Positions 6,271-14,959 of a DNA stretch of 32,000 bases are shown here, in pieces (position 1 is the first letter of the stretch; each line of letters starts with the position of its first letter). The position numbers were made by a program, and so were the translations under genes. This DNA comes from Synechocystis sp. PCC 6803 substr. PCC-P (lineage in GTDB: Bacteria; Cyanobacteriota; Cyanobacteriia; Cyanobacteriales; Microcystaceae), in assembly GCF_000284455.1 (NCBI RefSeq), contig NC_017039.1:2220001-2252000 (forward strand), in the 5' to 3' direction. The notes under the pieces were generated by a model. The model was given only the letters and a program-made list of their open reading frames with translations. It searched no databases and had not been told where the DNA came from.

Positions 6271-8154
6271 CTAAGAAGAAGGGGGCAAAACATCCGCTCC
6301 TCCCGTCGTCTGGCCAAATTTTTGCCGGAGCCATTGCCAAATTTTTCCCAGTAATTGTTCCAAGCCGTACACCAGACGATCAAGCCATTCCAAGCACCAA
6401 ACCAAGACGTGTTTGTCATAGCCCAAACTCTGGGCCTGGGTTTCAATCCAATCAAAAGCGGTTTCCAATTCTTGGGGCGATCGCCTTTGATGGGCCATTT
6501 GCCCCGTGGAGTGAAGCGATTTTCCTTGGGGTTTAGTCTCCCCTTGGGCAGACACAACTTTTTCCTCTAATTCATCTAAAGCCCAATCCTCCTCCAGCCA
6601 GGGATCTTGCGCCACCATCCCAGGGGGACTGGGGAAAACGGAATTTACCAAGGCGGATTGCTTACGGCCAGGGTGTTTACGACCACGGCGATTAGGGGCG
6701 ATCGCCGGGGAATTATTACCAGGAACCAACGCAAAATTGTGGGGATTTTCAATGCTTTCCTCTGTCCATTGTTCAACGGTATGGGCTGTGGTAGCGGATC
6801 CATTGCCTTGGCCCAGTAGAGGCGTAACCATGGCGGGCATGGGCAAATCAGCAAACAATTCTTCCCAAGCCAACCACGGACTGGAATTTTCCCCTGGTAA
6901 AACAGGATTATTTCCCCCTTCCCCTGCCAACGATTGGGCTGAACCACTTCTCTGGGGACCGAAAAAGTAGGCGATCGCCGCTTGGAGAATCACTTTTAAC
7001 TCGAACGGATCAGGGCCATTAACCGGATGGCGATCGGAATTGAATAATTGCTCGAGGGTTTGTTGTACCCGATGCTGTAAACCCTGCCCCAGATGTTGCA
7101 CTGTAGGGGGCAGCACTTCGACAATTTGTTGGGATAGTTGTTGAGATTTAACTACGGTGGCTTCAATAACGGGTTGTTGTCCCAGGGTTGTGGCAGTCTG
7201 GGTGAGCCAATGTTTTAAGCCATTAAGATCGGGGGTTGAAACCGCTGTGGGGATAATGGCCCCGGTGGATTGTCCCAAGGTCGTTAAGGGCGGTCTAGTT
7301 TGCCAACGGTAAATGCCCTGCCAGAGCCAATCCAGGGGCGCAATCACTCGGGGTTGTCGTTCCAGATCCCCACTCTGGTCACTTTTGCCGGTAATCAGAG
7401 GGATACCCCGCCAATTTTGGGCCTGTAAAGCCCATTGCCGACGACGTTGATAATGCCATTGGGCCAACTCCCGCCGGATTTGTTGTTGCAATTGTTGCTG
7501 TTGCTCCGAGGAAAACACATCCAGAGTCAAATTGTCTTTGGTGGTCAGCACTAACCGGCGATCGCCACAACGGGAAGCTAAACCTTGAATAACAATGGCA
7601 TTGTTGTCAGTTTGGAAAATGCTTTTAACCTGTTCCCCCAATTTAGCTAGCAGGGATGGGTGGGCACTGGGGGGTAAAGCCGGTTTTTCTGGCTGTCCGG
7701 GTAAAGCTAGGTCTTGATTATGAACTGAAACAATATTTTCCCCAGGGGATTGATGATTGACTAAAGCGGAGAAATCTTGGACTAAAACTAAACCCTGACC
7801 AGTTTGCTCCACTTCAGCATGGTCAAACCAAGCTTGGAGGGAGGTAAGTACCGTTTCAATGGGCTGGTCAACGGCGATCGCCAAATCTCCCCTATCCCCA
7901 GAATTTACCTTGTCTCCATCTTTTCCGGCAGGTAAAACCCGTTGATGCTGATTGCCCCCGCTCCCCAACACTGGCCCTAACCACTTTTCTGGATGGAGTA
8001 ACCAGTAAAAGGGATAAATTAAAGCCTGTACGCCCCATTCCGCAGCCACCCGCAGATGACGTACTGTTTCCCCCAGGCGATCGCGTAACCGTTGGGATTG
8101 GCGATTGAGATTGGTAAAAAGACGACTCTTATAGGGGCCACGGGAACTAGACAT
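6271..8154 (-). CDS. Large hypothetical protein (Gln/Pro-rich, no recognisable domain)
   Basis: 627-aa uninterrupted ORF containing six HIP1 sites, which is typical of resident cyanobacterial coding DNA. It has a Gln-rich central tract (EQQQQLQQQIRRELAQWHYQRRRQW). I found no catalytic motifs. Confidence 0.65.
   Translation of the reverse strand: MSSSRGPYKSRLFTNLNRQSQRLRDRLGETVRHLRVAAEWGVQALIYPFYWLLHPEKWLGPVLGSGGNQHQRVLPAGKDGDKVNSGDRGDLAIAVDQPIETVLTSLQAWFDHAEVEQTGQGLVLVQDFSALVNHQSPGENIVSVHNQDLALPGQPEKPALPPSAHPSLLAKLGEQVKSIFQTDNNAIVIQGLASRCGDRRLVLTTKDNLTLDVFSSEQQQQLQQQIRRELAQWHYQRRRQWALQAQNWRGIPLITGKSDQSGDLERQPRVIAPLDWLWQGIYRWQTRPPLTTLGQSTGAIIPTAVSTPDLNGLKHWLTQTATTLGQQPVIEATVVKSQQLSQQIVEVLPPTVQHLGQGLQHRVQQTLEQLFNSDRHPVNGPDPFELKVILQAAIAYFFGPQRSGSAQSLAGEGGNNPVLPGENSSPWLAWEELFADLPMPAMVTPLLGQGNGSATTAHTVEQWTEESIENPHNFALVPGNNSPAIAPNRRGRKHPGRKQSALVNSVFPSPPGMVAQDPWLEEDWALDELEEKVVSAQGETKPQGKSLHSTGQMAHQRRSPQELETAFDWIETQAQSLGYDKHVLVWCLEWLDRLVYGLEQLLGKIWQWLRQKFGQTTGGADVLPPSS
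6477..6484. repeat. HIP1 octamer GCGATCGC (representative; 27 perfect copies counted by eye)
   Basis: Perfect copies start at 6477, 6698, 6971, 7558, 7874, 8077, 9802, 10770, 11089, 11845, 12013, 12700, 15065, 16197, 18001, 18898, 21984, 23508, 25704, 26726, 26984, 27136, 28612, 28885, 29095, 30441 and 30913. Confidence 0.9.
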
Positions 8155-8312
8155 GGGGGCTACCGATTACCAATGAAACACTCACAATGCTCAAAGACCA
8201 AAGTGATCAGATTGTGTTCTATCCTACCCCGACTAGATGGGGCTGACCGACTTCGCATAGAATCTAACAGGGATATAAAACCCCTTCCCCTTTATCTACT
8301 GCAAATTGTACT

Positions 8313-9341
8313 ATGGTTTCAGAACGCATTTTGCCTGAATTGAACACCGCAGAAATTTCCCTGGACAGAGAAACCGCCTTAGTGCTTTACGAAGACATGG
8401 TCCTGGGTCGCTTCTTCGAGGATAAATGCGCTGAGATGTATTACCGGGGCAAAATGTTTGGTTTTGTCCACCTCTACAACGGCCAGGAAGCGGTGTCCTC
8501 TGGGATAATCAAAGCCATGCGCCAGGATGAGGATTACGTTTGCAGTACCTATCGAGACCATGTTCATGCCCTCAGTGCGGGAGTTCCAGCTCGGGAAGTA
8601 ATGGCGGAACTGTTTGGTAAGGAAACCGGTTGCAGTCGGGGTCGGGGTGGTTCTATGCACCTATTTTCCTCGGCCCATAATCTCCTGGGGGGCTTTGCGT
8701 TCATCGGGGAAGGGATTCCCGTGGCCCTGGGAGCGGCGTTTCAAACTAAGTACCGCCGGGAAGTGTTGAAAGATGACGGCTACGACCAAGTTACCGCCTG
8801 TTTCTTCGGTGATGGCACCAGTAATAACGGCCAGTTTTTTGAATGCCTGAACATGGCCGCCCTGTGGAAACTGCCCATTCTGTTTGTGGTGGAAAATAAT
8901 AAATGGGCGATCGGTATGGCCCACGAGCGGGCAACGTCCCAACCAGAAATCTACAAAAAAGCCAGTGTGTTCAACATGGTGGGGGTAGAAGTGGATGGTA
9001 TGGATGTGGTGGCAATGCATAAAGTAGCAACGGAAGCAGTGGCTAGGGCCAGGGCAGGCGAAGGGCCTACCTTGATTGAAGCGTTGACCTATCGTTTCCG
9101 GGGTCACTCCCTAGCGGATCCCGATGAACTCCGTTCTGCCGAAGAAAAACAGTTTTGGGCTGCCCGGGACCCAATTAAGAAATTTGCCGCTTTCATGACG
9201 GAACACGAATTAGCCAGCAATGAAGAGCTAAAGGCGATCGATAAACGCATTCAAGAAGTAATTGACGATGCCCTGGCCTTTGCCGAGTCTAGCCCCGAAC
9301 CCAATCCCGAAGATCTGAGGAAATATATTTTCGCCGATTAG
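8313..9341 (+). CDS. pdhA: Pyruvate dehydrogenase E1 component, alpha subunit
   Basis: 342 aa with the TPP-binding motif [36 protein letters not shown]. The overall sequence is typical of E1-alpha ([30 protein letters not shown]). Confidence 0.9.
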   Translation: MVSERILPELNTAEISLDRETALVLYEDMVLGRFFEDKCAEMYYRGKMFGFVHLYNGQEAVSSGIIKAMRQDEDYVCSTYRDHVHALSAGVPAREVMAELFGKETGCSRGRGGSMHLFSSAHNLLGGFAFIGEGIPVALGAAFQTKYRREVLKDDGYDQVTACFFGDGTSNNGQFFECLNMAALWKLPILFVVENNKWAIGMAHERATSQPEIYKKASVFNMVGVEVDGMDVVAMHKVATEAVARARAGEGPTLIEALTYRFRGHSLADPDELRSAEEKQFWAARDPIKKFAAFMTEHELASNEELKAIDKRIQEVIDDALAFAESSPEPNPEDLRKYIFAD

Positions 9342-9464
9342 TATGCTGGGGGAGCGGCGCAATACGTTCACCGTTTGGGAGAATGGAATAGTTAACCGTG
9401 GGAGTTTGTTTATGATTGTGCTCCTGATCGATTAACTGCCTATTTTTCCTCCTACCCCCTGTGC

Positions 9465-10862
9465 ATGGAATCTAAGTTGCTGAGTGCAAATCAAGGCTTT
9501 GGCCCGGTTTTAAGAAATTCCCGCTTTTTGTTCCTCTGGGTTGGCCAAATTTTCTCTCAGTTGGCCGACAAGTTTTATCTAGTTTTGATGATTGCCCTGA
9601 TCGCCAACCATTACCAGGGGGAAAATCAATCCATTAGCGGTTGGGTGTCGGCCATTATGATCGCCAACACGATTCCGGCGGTGCTATTTGGCTCCTTAGC
9701 TGGGGTCTACGTTGACCGCTGGCAAAAGAAACAGGTGTTGGTAGTCACTAACTTTTGCCGGGGCATTTTGATTTTGCTGTTGCCGTTTCTGCTCTGGTTC
9801 GGCGATCGCCAGAATATTAACTTGCCAGTAGGATGGCTACCTAGTTTTCTACGTCGTTGGCAAACAGAAGAACACCAGTATTTTGCTTTGCCCTTGGGTT
9901 TTGCGATTCTGTTGGTGGTTACCTTTGCGGTGTCCACCCTAACCCAGTTTTTTGCCCCGGCGGAGCAATCGGCCACTCCCTTGGTGGTGCGGCGGCGGAA
10001 TCTATTGGCGGCCAATTCCCTCACTACCTTAACCATGATGGGGGTGCTGATTGTGGGTTTTGCCATCGGGGAACCCCTGCTTAGCTTGGCGGATAGTCTT
10101 TTCCCCCGGGCTGGAGATCTGGGACCGGTGCTGGTGGTGGCAAGTTGTTACTTGATGGCCGGCATTGTGTTGCTAATGCTGAAAACAGGGGAAAAGCAAG
10201 CTGATCCGGACTTGGTCCACCCCCATGTGCTGAGTGATATCCAAGATGGCATCCGTTATCTCCAGGAAAATCATCGGGTACGCAATGCCCTGATTCAATT
10301 ATTGATTTTATTTTCCATTTTTGCTGCTCTATCCGTACTGGCGGTGAGTATGGCGGCCCAACTACCGGGGTTAAAGGCTTCCCAATTCGGTTTTTTACTA
10401 GCTTTTGGTGGTTTGGGTATGGCGATCGGAGCCTTGAGCATTGGTTACATTGGCCAACGGTTTTCCCCCACGGAATTGGCACTCTGGGGCTCCCTGGGCA
10501 TGGGGGTTTGTCTGACCGGATTAGCCCTGTTTGACCACAGTTTAGTGCTGACTTTTATTGCCATCACCATCATGGGTTTTTTCGCTGCCATGGTGGGGGT
10601 GCCCATGCAAACGCTGATGCAGGTGGAAACGGACCCGGAATTCCACGGCAAAGTATTTGGCCTGGAAAATAACGTCAATAATATTGCCCTGTCTTTGCCC
10701 TTGGCCCTGGCGGGGGTAGCGGAAAGTTTATTTGGTTTAACCCCAGTGTTGCTATTCTTGGCAGCGGCGGCGATCGCCGGAGGAATTTTGAGTTGGTATA
10801 TCAATGAAAACAGTCCCTCTGTGGCCCCCCGTAAGGAAAAAGGATCTTCCTCTTCTAGCTAG
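9465..10862 (+). CDS. MFS-type transporter
   Basis: 465 aa with about 12 hydrophobic segments. It has an MFS-like loop motif (GSLAGVYVDRWQKKQVLV) and a Ser-rich C-terminal tail. Confidence 0.7.
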   Translation: MESKLLSANQGFGPVLRNSRFLFLWVGQIFSQLADKFYLVLMIALIANHYQGENQSISGWVSAIMIANTIPAVLFGSLAGVYVDRWQKKQVLVVTNFCRGILILLLPFLLWFGDRQNINLPVGWLPSFLRRWQTEEHQYFALPLGFAILLVVTFAVSTLTQFFAPAEQSATPLVVRRRNLLAANSLTTLTMMGVLIVGFAIGEPLLSLADSLFPRAGDLGPVLVVASCYLMAGIVLLMLKTGEKQADPDLVHPHVLSDIQDGIRYLQENHRVRNALIQLLILFSIFAALSVLAVSMAAQLPGLKASQFGFLLAFGGLGMAIGALSIGYIGQRFSPTELALWGSLGMGVCLTGLALFDHSLVLTFIAITIMGFFAAMVGVPMQTLMQVETDPEFHGKVFGLENNVNNIALSLPLALAGVAESLFGLTPVLLFLAAAAIAGGILSWYINENSPSVAPRKEKGSSSSS

Positions 10863-11660
10863 TTAATTGTTGATAGTTACCACCACCGGAGCATGGTCAC
10901 TGGGTTTTTCCCAACCCCTGGGTTCCCTATCTATCCAACATTTTTGGGCCTGGTCGTAGAGTTGGGGAGTTAGATAATGGTGGTCAATGCGCCACCCCCG
11001 GTTGCGACTAAAGCCCCTAGTGCGATAATCCCACCAACTGTAATGGCCCGTTTCTTCGGTAAATTTACGGAAAGCATCCTGCAAATTGGCGATCGCCAAC
11101 ACTTCCGTTAAAGCTTCCCGTTCCATGGCAGTGGCCATAATATGATTCTCCCGGCCCACTGGGTCATGGATATCCCGGTCTTCTGGGGCAATGTTGAAAT
11201 CTCCACAGACCAAAAATTCTGGGGTGTCACTACGGCGCAGTTGCTCCAGATAGGTCTGCAGTAAGTTTAACCACCGCAATTTATACAAATACTTTTCACT
11301 GTCGAGGGCAGATCCATTGGGAACGTAGAGATTAACGATCCGCACACCGTCATAAACGCCACTGATCACTCGTTTTTGTTCATCCAAATCCCCCGTCAAG
11401 GCTGGCTCCACTAGGGCCGCAAAACCGATTTTCACGTCTTGCAATGGTTCCCGACTGAAAATGGCCACGCCGTTATAGGACTTTTGCCCAGAAATATGGC
11501 AATGGTAGCCCGCCTCTTCAAACGGTTGCCGGGGAAAATCTTCATCCACCACCTTAGTTTCTTGCAAACAAAGTACATCAACAGGGTTTGTGCCCAACCA
11601 ATCGAGGATATGTTGCTGACGACTGCGGACGGAATTAACGTTCCAACTGGCGATGTCCAT
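10863..11660 (-). CDS. xthA: Exodeoxyribonuclease III (AP endonuclease family)
   Basis: Motifs present: MDIASWNVNSVRSR, LCLQETK, GDFNIAPEDRD, RIDH and SDHAPV. The ORF extends to a TTG at 11723 and an ATG at 11690. The ATG at 11660 aligns with typical Xth/ExoA N-termini. Confidence 0.85.
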   Translation of the reverse strand: MDIASWNVNSVRSRQQHILDWLGTNPVDVLCLQETKVVDEDFPRQPFEEAGYHCHISGQKSYNGVAIFSREPLQDVKIGFAALVEPALTGDLDEQKRVISGVYDGVRIVNLYVPNGSALDSEKYLYKLRWLNLLQTYLEQLRRSDTPEFLVCGDFNIAPEDRDIHDPVGRENHIMATAMEREALTEVLAIANLQDAFRKFTEETGHYSWWDYRTRGFSRNRGWRIDHHYLTPQLYDQAQKCWIDREPRGWEKPSDHAPVVVTINN

Positions 11661-12099
11661 GGGAAAACCGAGAAAAAATAGATTGGCCATAGCCCCTTCC
11701 CACTGCCAGTCGGCCCAGGTCAAAATTGATGGCGGCCTGTTCTAGTACCCATTGGGCATAGGTGTTGCTATTGGGGCCGGGCCAGTAACGATAGCTGTAA
11801 CAGTGGGGATAGATTTGGGGACTGTTGAGAATAATTTCCCCCAGGCGATCGCCAATGGGGCCAGACCATTGCTGGGCTAAAAAACTGGGGCCGTTACCCA
11901 CTCCTCCATAGGGAGTCAGCAGATTTTGATGGAGATGACCCCAACTAGGGAGCTTCAACTCTCGCCGTTGCCACACCTCCCATCTTTGTAAATTCTCCAA
12001 GCTCTGACCATGGCGATCGCCGACCACATACCAGTAGTGGACAGCCCAGCGACCAACAAAGGGAATTTTGGCCCACAATAGTTGCACTTCCATCGCCAT
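11635..12099 (-). CDS. Hypothetical protein, DUF3750-like
   Basis: 154 aa. HYWYVV...WEVWQ...GHLHQNLL...GVGNGP...YRYWPGPNSNTYAQWVL resembles what I remember of DUF3750 (..WPGPNSNT..). Its 3' end overlaps the xthA start. Confidence 0.5.
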   Translation of the reverse strand: MAMEVQLLWAKIPFVGRWAVHYWYVVGDRHGQSLENLQRWEVWQRRELKLPSWGHLHQNLLTPYGGVGNGPSFLAQQWSGPIGDRLGEIILNSPQIYPHCYSYRYWPGPNSNTYAQWVLEQAAINFDLGRLAVGRGYGQSIFSRFSHGHRQLER

Positions 12100-12129
12100 G
12101 GCGGTTAAGCAAAAAGTTATGGGAATGAT

Positions 12130-12579
12130 CTACTCGTACAACCAAGGGTTAAGGGTGGCATCCCATTCATTCACTTCCTCATCCTTAAACCAGAGGGAAA
12201 TTTCCCGTTTAGCGGTTTCAATGGCATCGGAACCATGGATAATGTTGCGACCAACGGACACACCGTAATCTCCCCGGATAGTACCAGGGGCGGCAGCATG
12301 GGGATCAGTTGCACCAATCATTTGGCGGGAAGTAGAAACGATGGAATTACCTTCCCAGACCATGGCCACCACGGGAGAGGAACAAATGAAGTTCACCAAG
12401 CCGGAAAAGAACGGTTTGTCGTTGAGAGCTTCGTAATGTTTTTCGGCTAATTCTTGGGAGACAGTCATCACCTTCATGGCGACTAATTTGAAGCCTTTTT
12501 TCTCGAAACGGCCAACAATTTCCCCAATTAATTGCCGTTGTACCCCATCGGGCTTGATCATGATAAATGTGCGTTCCAT
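12130..12579 (-). CDS. ndk: Nucleoside diphosphate kinase
   Basis: 149 aa. [21 protein letters not shown]-type core ([10 protein letters not shown]) and NIIHGSD (active-site His). Confidence 0.95.
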   Translation of the reverse strand: MERTFIMIKPDGVQRQLIGEIVGRFEKKGFKLVAMKVMTVSQELAEKHYEALNDKPFFSGLVNFICSSPVVAMVWEGNSIVSTSRQMIGATDPHAAAPGTIRGDYGVSVGRNIIHGSDAIETAKREISLWFKDEEVNEWDATLNPWLYE

Positions 12580-12759
12580 GGCAACCTCCTTTTGCTTTTT
12601 CTGTTAAAAAAACTTAACAATCACCCTGTATTTTACATGGTTTGGGCATCGGGATTATGAATGGTAACCAGCCCCCATCGATAGGGGAAAACCACCCTGG
12701 CGATCGCTGTTCCAGAACCCTAGGGGAAAAGAAGATCAAGGATAATTTTGGTAAAAAGC

Positions 12760-12793
12760 TTGACAATGGGCACCACTTTCAGCACAATAGAAT
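12760..12793 (+). promoter_or_regulatory. Candidate promoter of tRNA-Ala
   Basis: Consensus -35 TTGACA at 12760-12765. Two possible -10 boxes follow: CACAAT (12783-12788, 17-nt spacing) or TAGAAT (12788-12793, 22-nt spacing, too long for a standard promoter). The tRNA starts at 12804. Confidence 0.4.
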
Positions 12794-12803
12794 ACTGTGA
12801 CTC

Positions 12804-12876
12804 GGGGCTATAGCTCAGTTGGTAGAGCACTTGCATGGCATGCAAGGGGTCAGCGGTTCGAGCCCGCTTAGCTCCA
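12804..12876 (+). tRNA. tRNA-Ala (anticodon GGC)
   Basis: Manual cloverleaf: acceptor GGGGCTA/TAGCTCC with the G3:U70 alanine identity pair, D arm GCTC/GAGC, anticodon stem CTTGC/GCAAG with loop ATGGCAT, and T arm AGCGG-TTCGAGC-CCGCT. No encoded CCA. Confidence 0.9.
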
Positions 12877-12897
12877 TTTAAATGGAAAACTAGTCAG

Positions 12898-13312
12898 TTA
12901 CTCCTTTACTTCTTGTCTTGACCAGGCAGAAGGCTCCAAATGGTTTACATAGTTAATGTAGTGGGCTAGCGGTTTATCAACACTCAATAGAATATTGGGC
13001 TTAAATTGAATATTGTCATAAATCAAACCGTCTTCATGGCGCAGGAAATAGTAAGCTAATTTTGTGCAAAGCAAGAGAAAATGACTGACCAAATAGCCCA
13101 TAATGCCACGACGTTTTGCCGTAACGTAGATGGGCTGGATGCGAATTTTACTCAACTCTAGATTGACATCATCACCGTGCAAGCTGGGCAGGGGAACGTA
13201 GGCATAAATCATGTGTAGAGGAGGAAAAAAACGGACATTTTTCATAATGGTCAGTAAACCAATGCAACCATTGTCATAACGCATGGAATATTCATAGGTT
13301 TCTCCCAAAAAA
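12898..13312 (-). pseudogene. Rieske non-heme-iron oxygenase, C-terminal half (separated by the IS insertion)
   Basis: This frame continues exactly from the N-terminal half at 14261-14880 once the IS and one TA copy are removed (...RESFIHY|FLGETYEYSMRYDNG...). The apparent Met of the 136-aa ORF is an internal TTG Leu codon. Confidence 0.8.
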
Positions 13313-13314
13313 TA

Positions 13315-14260
13315 TAGTCATTTCAATTAACGATGAGAGAATTTAATGTAAAATTATGGAGTGTACAAAATGAACAGGTTTAAACAATGGCTTACAGTTT
13401 AGATTTAAGGCAAAGGGTAGTAGCTTATATAGAAGCTGGAGGAAAAATAACTGAGGCTTCCAAGATATATAAAATAGGAAAAGCCTCGATATACAGATGG
13501 TTAAATAGAGTAGATTTAAGCCCAACAAAAGTAGAGCGTCGCCATAGGAAATTAGACTGGGAAGCTCTAAAAAAAGACGTAGAAGAAAATCCCGATGCAA
13601 GATTGATAGACAGAGCCAAGAAATTTGGAGTGAGGCCGAGTGCCGTATATTACGCATTAAAGAAAATGAAAATAAACAGAAAAAAAAAGAACTACGTTAT
13701 CGAGAAAGAAACCGGGAGGAACGAGTTAAGTACTATAGAATGTTAAGAGAACTAATTAAGCTCTATGGTAGTCAAGCTATAGTTTACATAGATGAATCTG
13801 GATTCGAAGCAATCCAGGCTTGTATTTATGCCTGGTCAAAAAAAGGAAAAAAAGTTTATGGAGATAGACAAGGAAAAAGGGGAGTCAGAGAAAATCTAGT
13901 AGCAGGGAGAAGAAAAGGAAAAAAAGATTTGATTGCGCCGATGGTTTTTACCGGGAGTTTGAATGCAGAAGGCTTTGAAGGATGGTTAAAATTATATTTG
14001 CTACCCTCCCTCGACATTCCATCAATATTAATAATGGATAATGCTCCTATTCATCGTAAAACTGCCATTAAAGAATTGGCTAAAGAAGCAGGTCATGAAG
14101 TTCTTTTTTTGCCGAAATATTCTCCTGATTTAAATGATATTGAGCATGACTTTAGTGCCTTGAAACGAGCTAGAATGTACGCTCCTATTGACACGTCTCT
14201 TGATGAAATTATCCGTTCTTACTGTGGCGTTTAGCGTCTCAGCTTTATTTGAAACTACTA
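13315..14260 (+). mobile_element. IS630/Tc1-family insertion sequence (ISY100-type), 946 bp
   Basis: Imperfect terminal IRs are TAGTCATTTCAATTAACGATGAGA and the reverse complement TAGTAGTTTCAAATAAAGCTGAGA. It is flanked by a TA duplication (13313-13314 and 14261-14262). It is AT-rich and lies inside a Rieske oxygenase gene. Confidence 0.85.
13387..14234 (+). pseudogene. IS630-family transposase split by a -1 frameshift at an A9 run
   Basis: ORF1 13387-13746 (HTH: LDLRQRVVAYIEAGGKITEASKIYKIGKASIYRWL). ORF2 is open from 13689 (ELRYRERNREERVKYYRMLREL...) to 14234 and has a DDE/D-type core (IYIDESGF ... IMDNAPIH ... YSPDLNDIEHDF). The two frames meet in A9 at 13680-13688. Confidence 0.8.
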
Positions 14261-14880
14261 TAATGTATGAAGCTCTCTCTTAAGGTGGTGTTTGGAACAT
14301 TGCCTTTCATGGTGAAATCAATCTGGGTTCCTGATGCGTTTTGTCGGAGGGATAAGTCCATTTTGATGTCAAGATGATGAACTGTCTTCAAATGTTGGGC
14401 ATCAATGCCGTTCATCATGCAAATATGATGGTGACATTTTCTTTCAAAGGCTTTATCCGCTTGGGTGACCAGTTTCTGACCCTGGAGTTCATCAAATTCT
14501 GGTAAATCATTGGGGGCAATTTCCTCTGGAAAAATCCAAATAAAGCCATATTTTTCGGCGGTGGCATAGGGCGCTAATTGTGCTTTGGGGGGAATTTCCG
14601 ACTGACAGGGAATATGGCGACATTTACCCGTTTCATCAAAGGCCCAACGATGAAAGTTACAACGAATCCAGCTGTCTTCAACTTGCCCTAAACCTAGGTC
14701 TGTGCCAAGGTGGGGACAGTAGCCGTGGAGGGCCCGAGCCTTTCCATCTTCTCCCCGAAACACGACAATTTTTTGCCCACAAAGGGCCAGGGATTTAGCT
14801 TGACCCCGCCGTAATGTCCGGCTAGGACAAACGATATACCAACCCTTCGCAATAATTTGCCAATTATTAAAGATTTCCAT
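14261..14880 (-). pseudogene. Rieske non-heme-iron oxygenase, N-terminal half (interrupted by the IS)
   Basis: Rieske motif CPHLG...(x17)...CNFHRW and mononuclear-iron motif NGIDAQHLKTVHH (D-x2-H-x4-H). The annotated 211-aa ORF ends in four IS-derived codons (SSFK*). Confidence 0.8.
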
Positions 14881-14959
14881 GGTTAAGTAAGACGAGGGGC
14901 TAATATTGGCAAGGGAAACAATTTTCTATTTATCACTCTGCTAAGAAGTTACTTTTAAC

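Noticed and set aside
6222-6970. Cluster of overlapping 70-111-aa ORFs on both strands
   Set aside because: All lie within, or antisense to, the 3' part of the 627-aa ORF, which is the only long uninterrupted frame. I see no independent start signals.
8379-9107. Minus-strand ORFs of 93 and 148 aa opposite pdhA
   Set aside because: These are shadow ORFs within a strongly conserved E1-alpha coding sequence. They have no motifs.
10863-11723. Full 286-aa extent of the xthA ORF
   Set aside because: The 5' extension starts at a TTG and adds 21 residues (MTWADWQWEGAMANLFFLGFP) with no counterpart in Xth/ExoA proteins. I preferred the internal ATG at 11660.
13343-13657. 104-aa and 64-aa minus-strand ORFs within the ISY100-type element
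   Set aside because: They are antisense to the transposase N-terminal region in AT-rich DNA. The hydrophobic, low-complexity translation is unlikely to be coding.
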